From Cystobasidiomycetes sp. EMM_F5 (Eukaryota), in NCBI GenBank assembly GCA_051047955.1, contig JBPGPT010000003.1:248001-312000 (forward strand): 64,000 nt of DNA, read 5' to 3'. The notes under the pieces were generated by a model. The model made no database searches, had not been told where the DNA came from, and saw only the letters and a list, made by a program, of their open reading frames with translations. Of the stretch, positions 63,138-64,000 are shown in pieces. Positions within the stretch are counted from its first letter, which is position 1. Each line of letters opens with the position of its first letter. Both the position numbers and the translations under genes were made by a program.

Positions 63138-64000
63138 ATGGAACGAGTCGGCCAGGACTATTTCAGCTCGTTTTACGATCCCGAGGTCGAGCTCGCTCTC
63201 CAACAGCAGTACGAGGAGCAGCTGAGACAGGATGCAGTGCAAGCAATGCTGCTGTATGGCAACAGCGATGGCCTGTCTCCCATGTCCGCTTTCGAAGACG
63301 ACGACACCATCACTCTTGCAGAAGACGAAGCAGAGTCTCAGGCCGATGCCGAAGCGGCGCGTATAGTGGCAATGCTCCAGCAACAACCACAACAACCTAG
63401 ACTACAGCAAGTGATGGAGCTACGAGATGATGCTTCTACAAGCTTTGGCAGTACTAGCTCTAGTGAGTCGCTCTCTCCCGTTTCCACCACCCATATCGCC
63501 CTCACTGACGCTTGTGGGTCTTGTGCCTGACAGCCCCGAGCGATCTGCCTTCCTTGGCACACGATGACGAGGACGACGAAGACGACAGCAGCACGGATGA
63601 GCTAGAACATGACCTGGAAGACACACTCCACATCTCTGCCCTCGATACCTACCCTGTTATTGCTCGCGTAGACTCTGCGGCCACGACGGCTTCAGCTTCC
63701 TCACTTGGCAGCAGTCATCCCCGTACATTACATCGGATACCGGCAGACAAGCATCACATCATCTCCTCTTCCATTCCGTCCAATGCTCCATCGTCATCAC
63801 CACTCGATCCCTCCTCAATCACCATCAAGTCTACATCCTCATCCAAGAGCAAGCTCAAACGCATCTTTGGCTTCTCACAACAGCAAAAGAAGACGAGCAG
63901 CAGAGCACAGACGGTCGAGGTGGAGGACTCGCGAAGTTGCGTCATGAAGAGCCTGACGAGGGAAAACGGACAAAAGTTGGTCAAAGAGAAGCACACTTCT
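63138..64000 (+). CDS. Hypothetical acidic/Ser-rich protein, truncated by the window end
   Basis: Exon 1 from ATG 63138 to a GTGAGT donor at ~63463; after the CTGACAG acceptor at ~63533 the frame stays open to 64000. Confidence 0.6.

Overview
Eukaryotic, gene-dense fungal DNA, most consistent with a basidiomycete yeast (inferred from the short 50-100 nt introns, protein sequences and ~52% GC, estimated by eye). About 23 intron-containing protein genes can be reconstructed by eye: Nudix hydrolase, TOK1 K+ channel, MPC1, ORM1, CFIm25, NC2-alpha, URA2/CAD, RPL23, a DAG/sphingosine-kinase family protein, DUF4336, HIS5, CIA1, ELP6, a DUF5872 repeat protein, an MFS transporter, a Cid1-type nucleotidyltransferase head-to-head with PAP1, an SFP1-like zinc finger, KIN1, a modular secreted protein, RPS26, a DDT/WHIM/PHD chromatin protein and hypotheticals. 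There is also an intron-containing tRNA-Asp. The most notable non-obvious signals are: (1) a well-structured box C/D snoRNA in URA2 intron 1 with two separate 18S-complementary elements; (2) a decayed Ty3/Gypsy pol fragment fused to an orphan ARH1 3' fragment upstream of the tRNA; (3) a long-range stem spanning RPL23 intron 1; (4) four 6-11 nt microexons and four GC-AG introns; (5) a divergent canonical/non-canonical poly(A) polymerase pair. No CRISPR or prokaryote-type systems are present. I cannot claim a confirmed new system. Gene models are manual and several start codons are uncertain.
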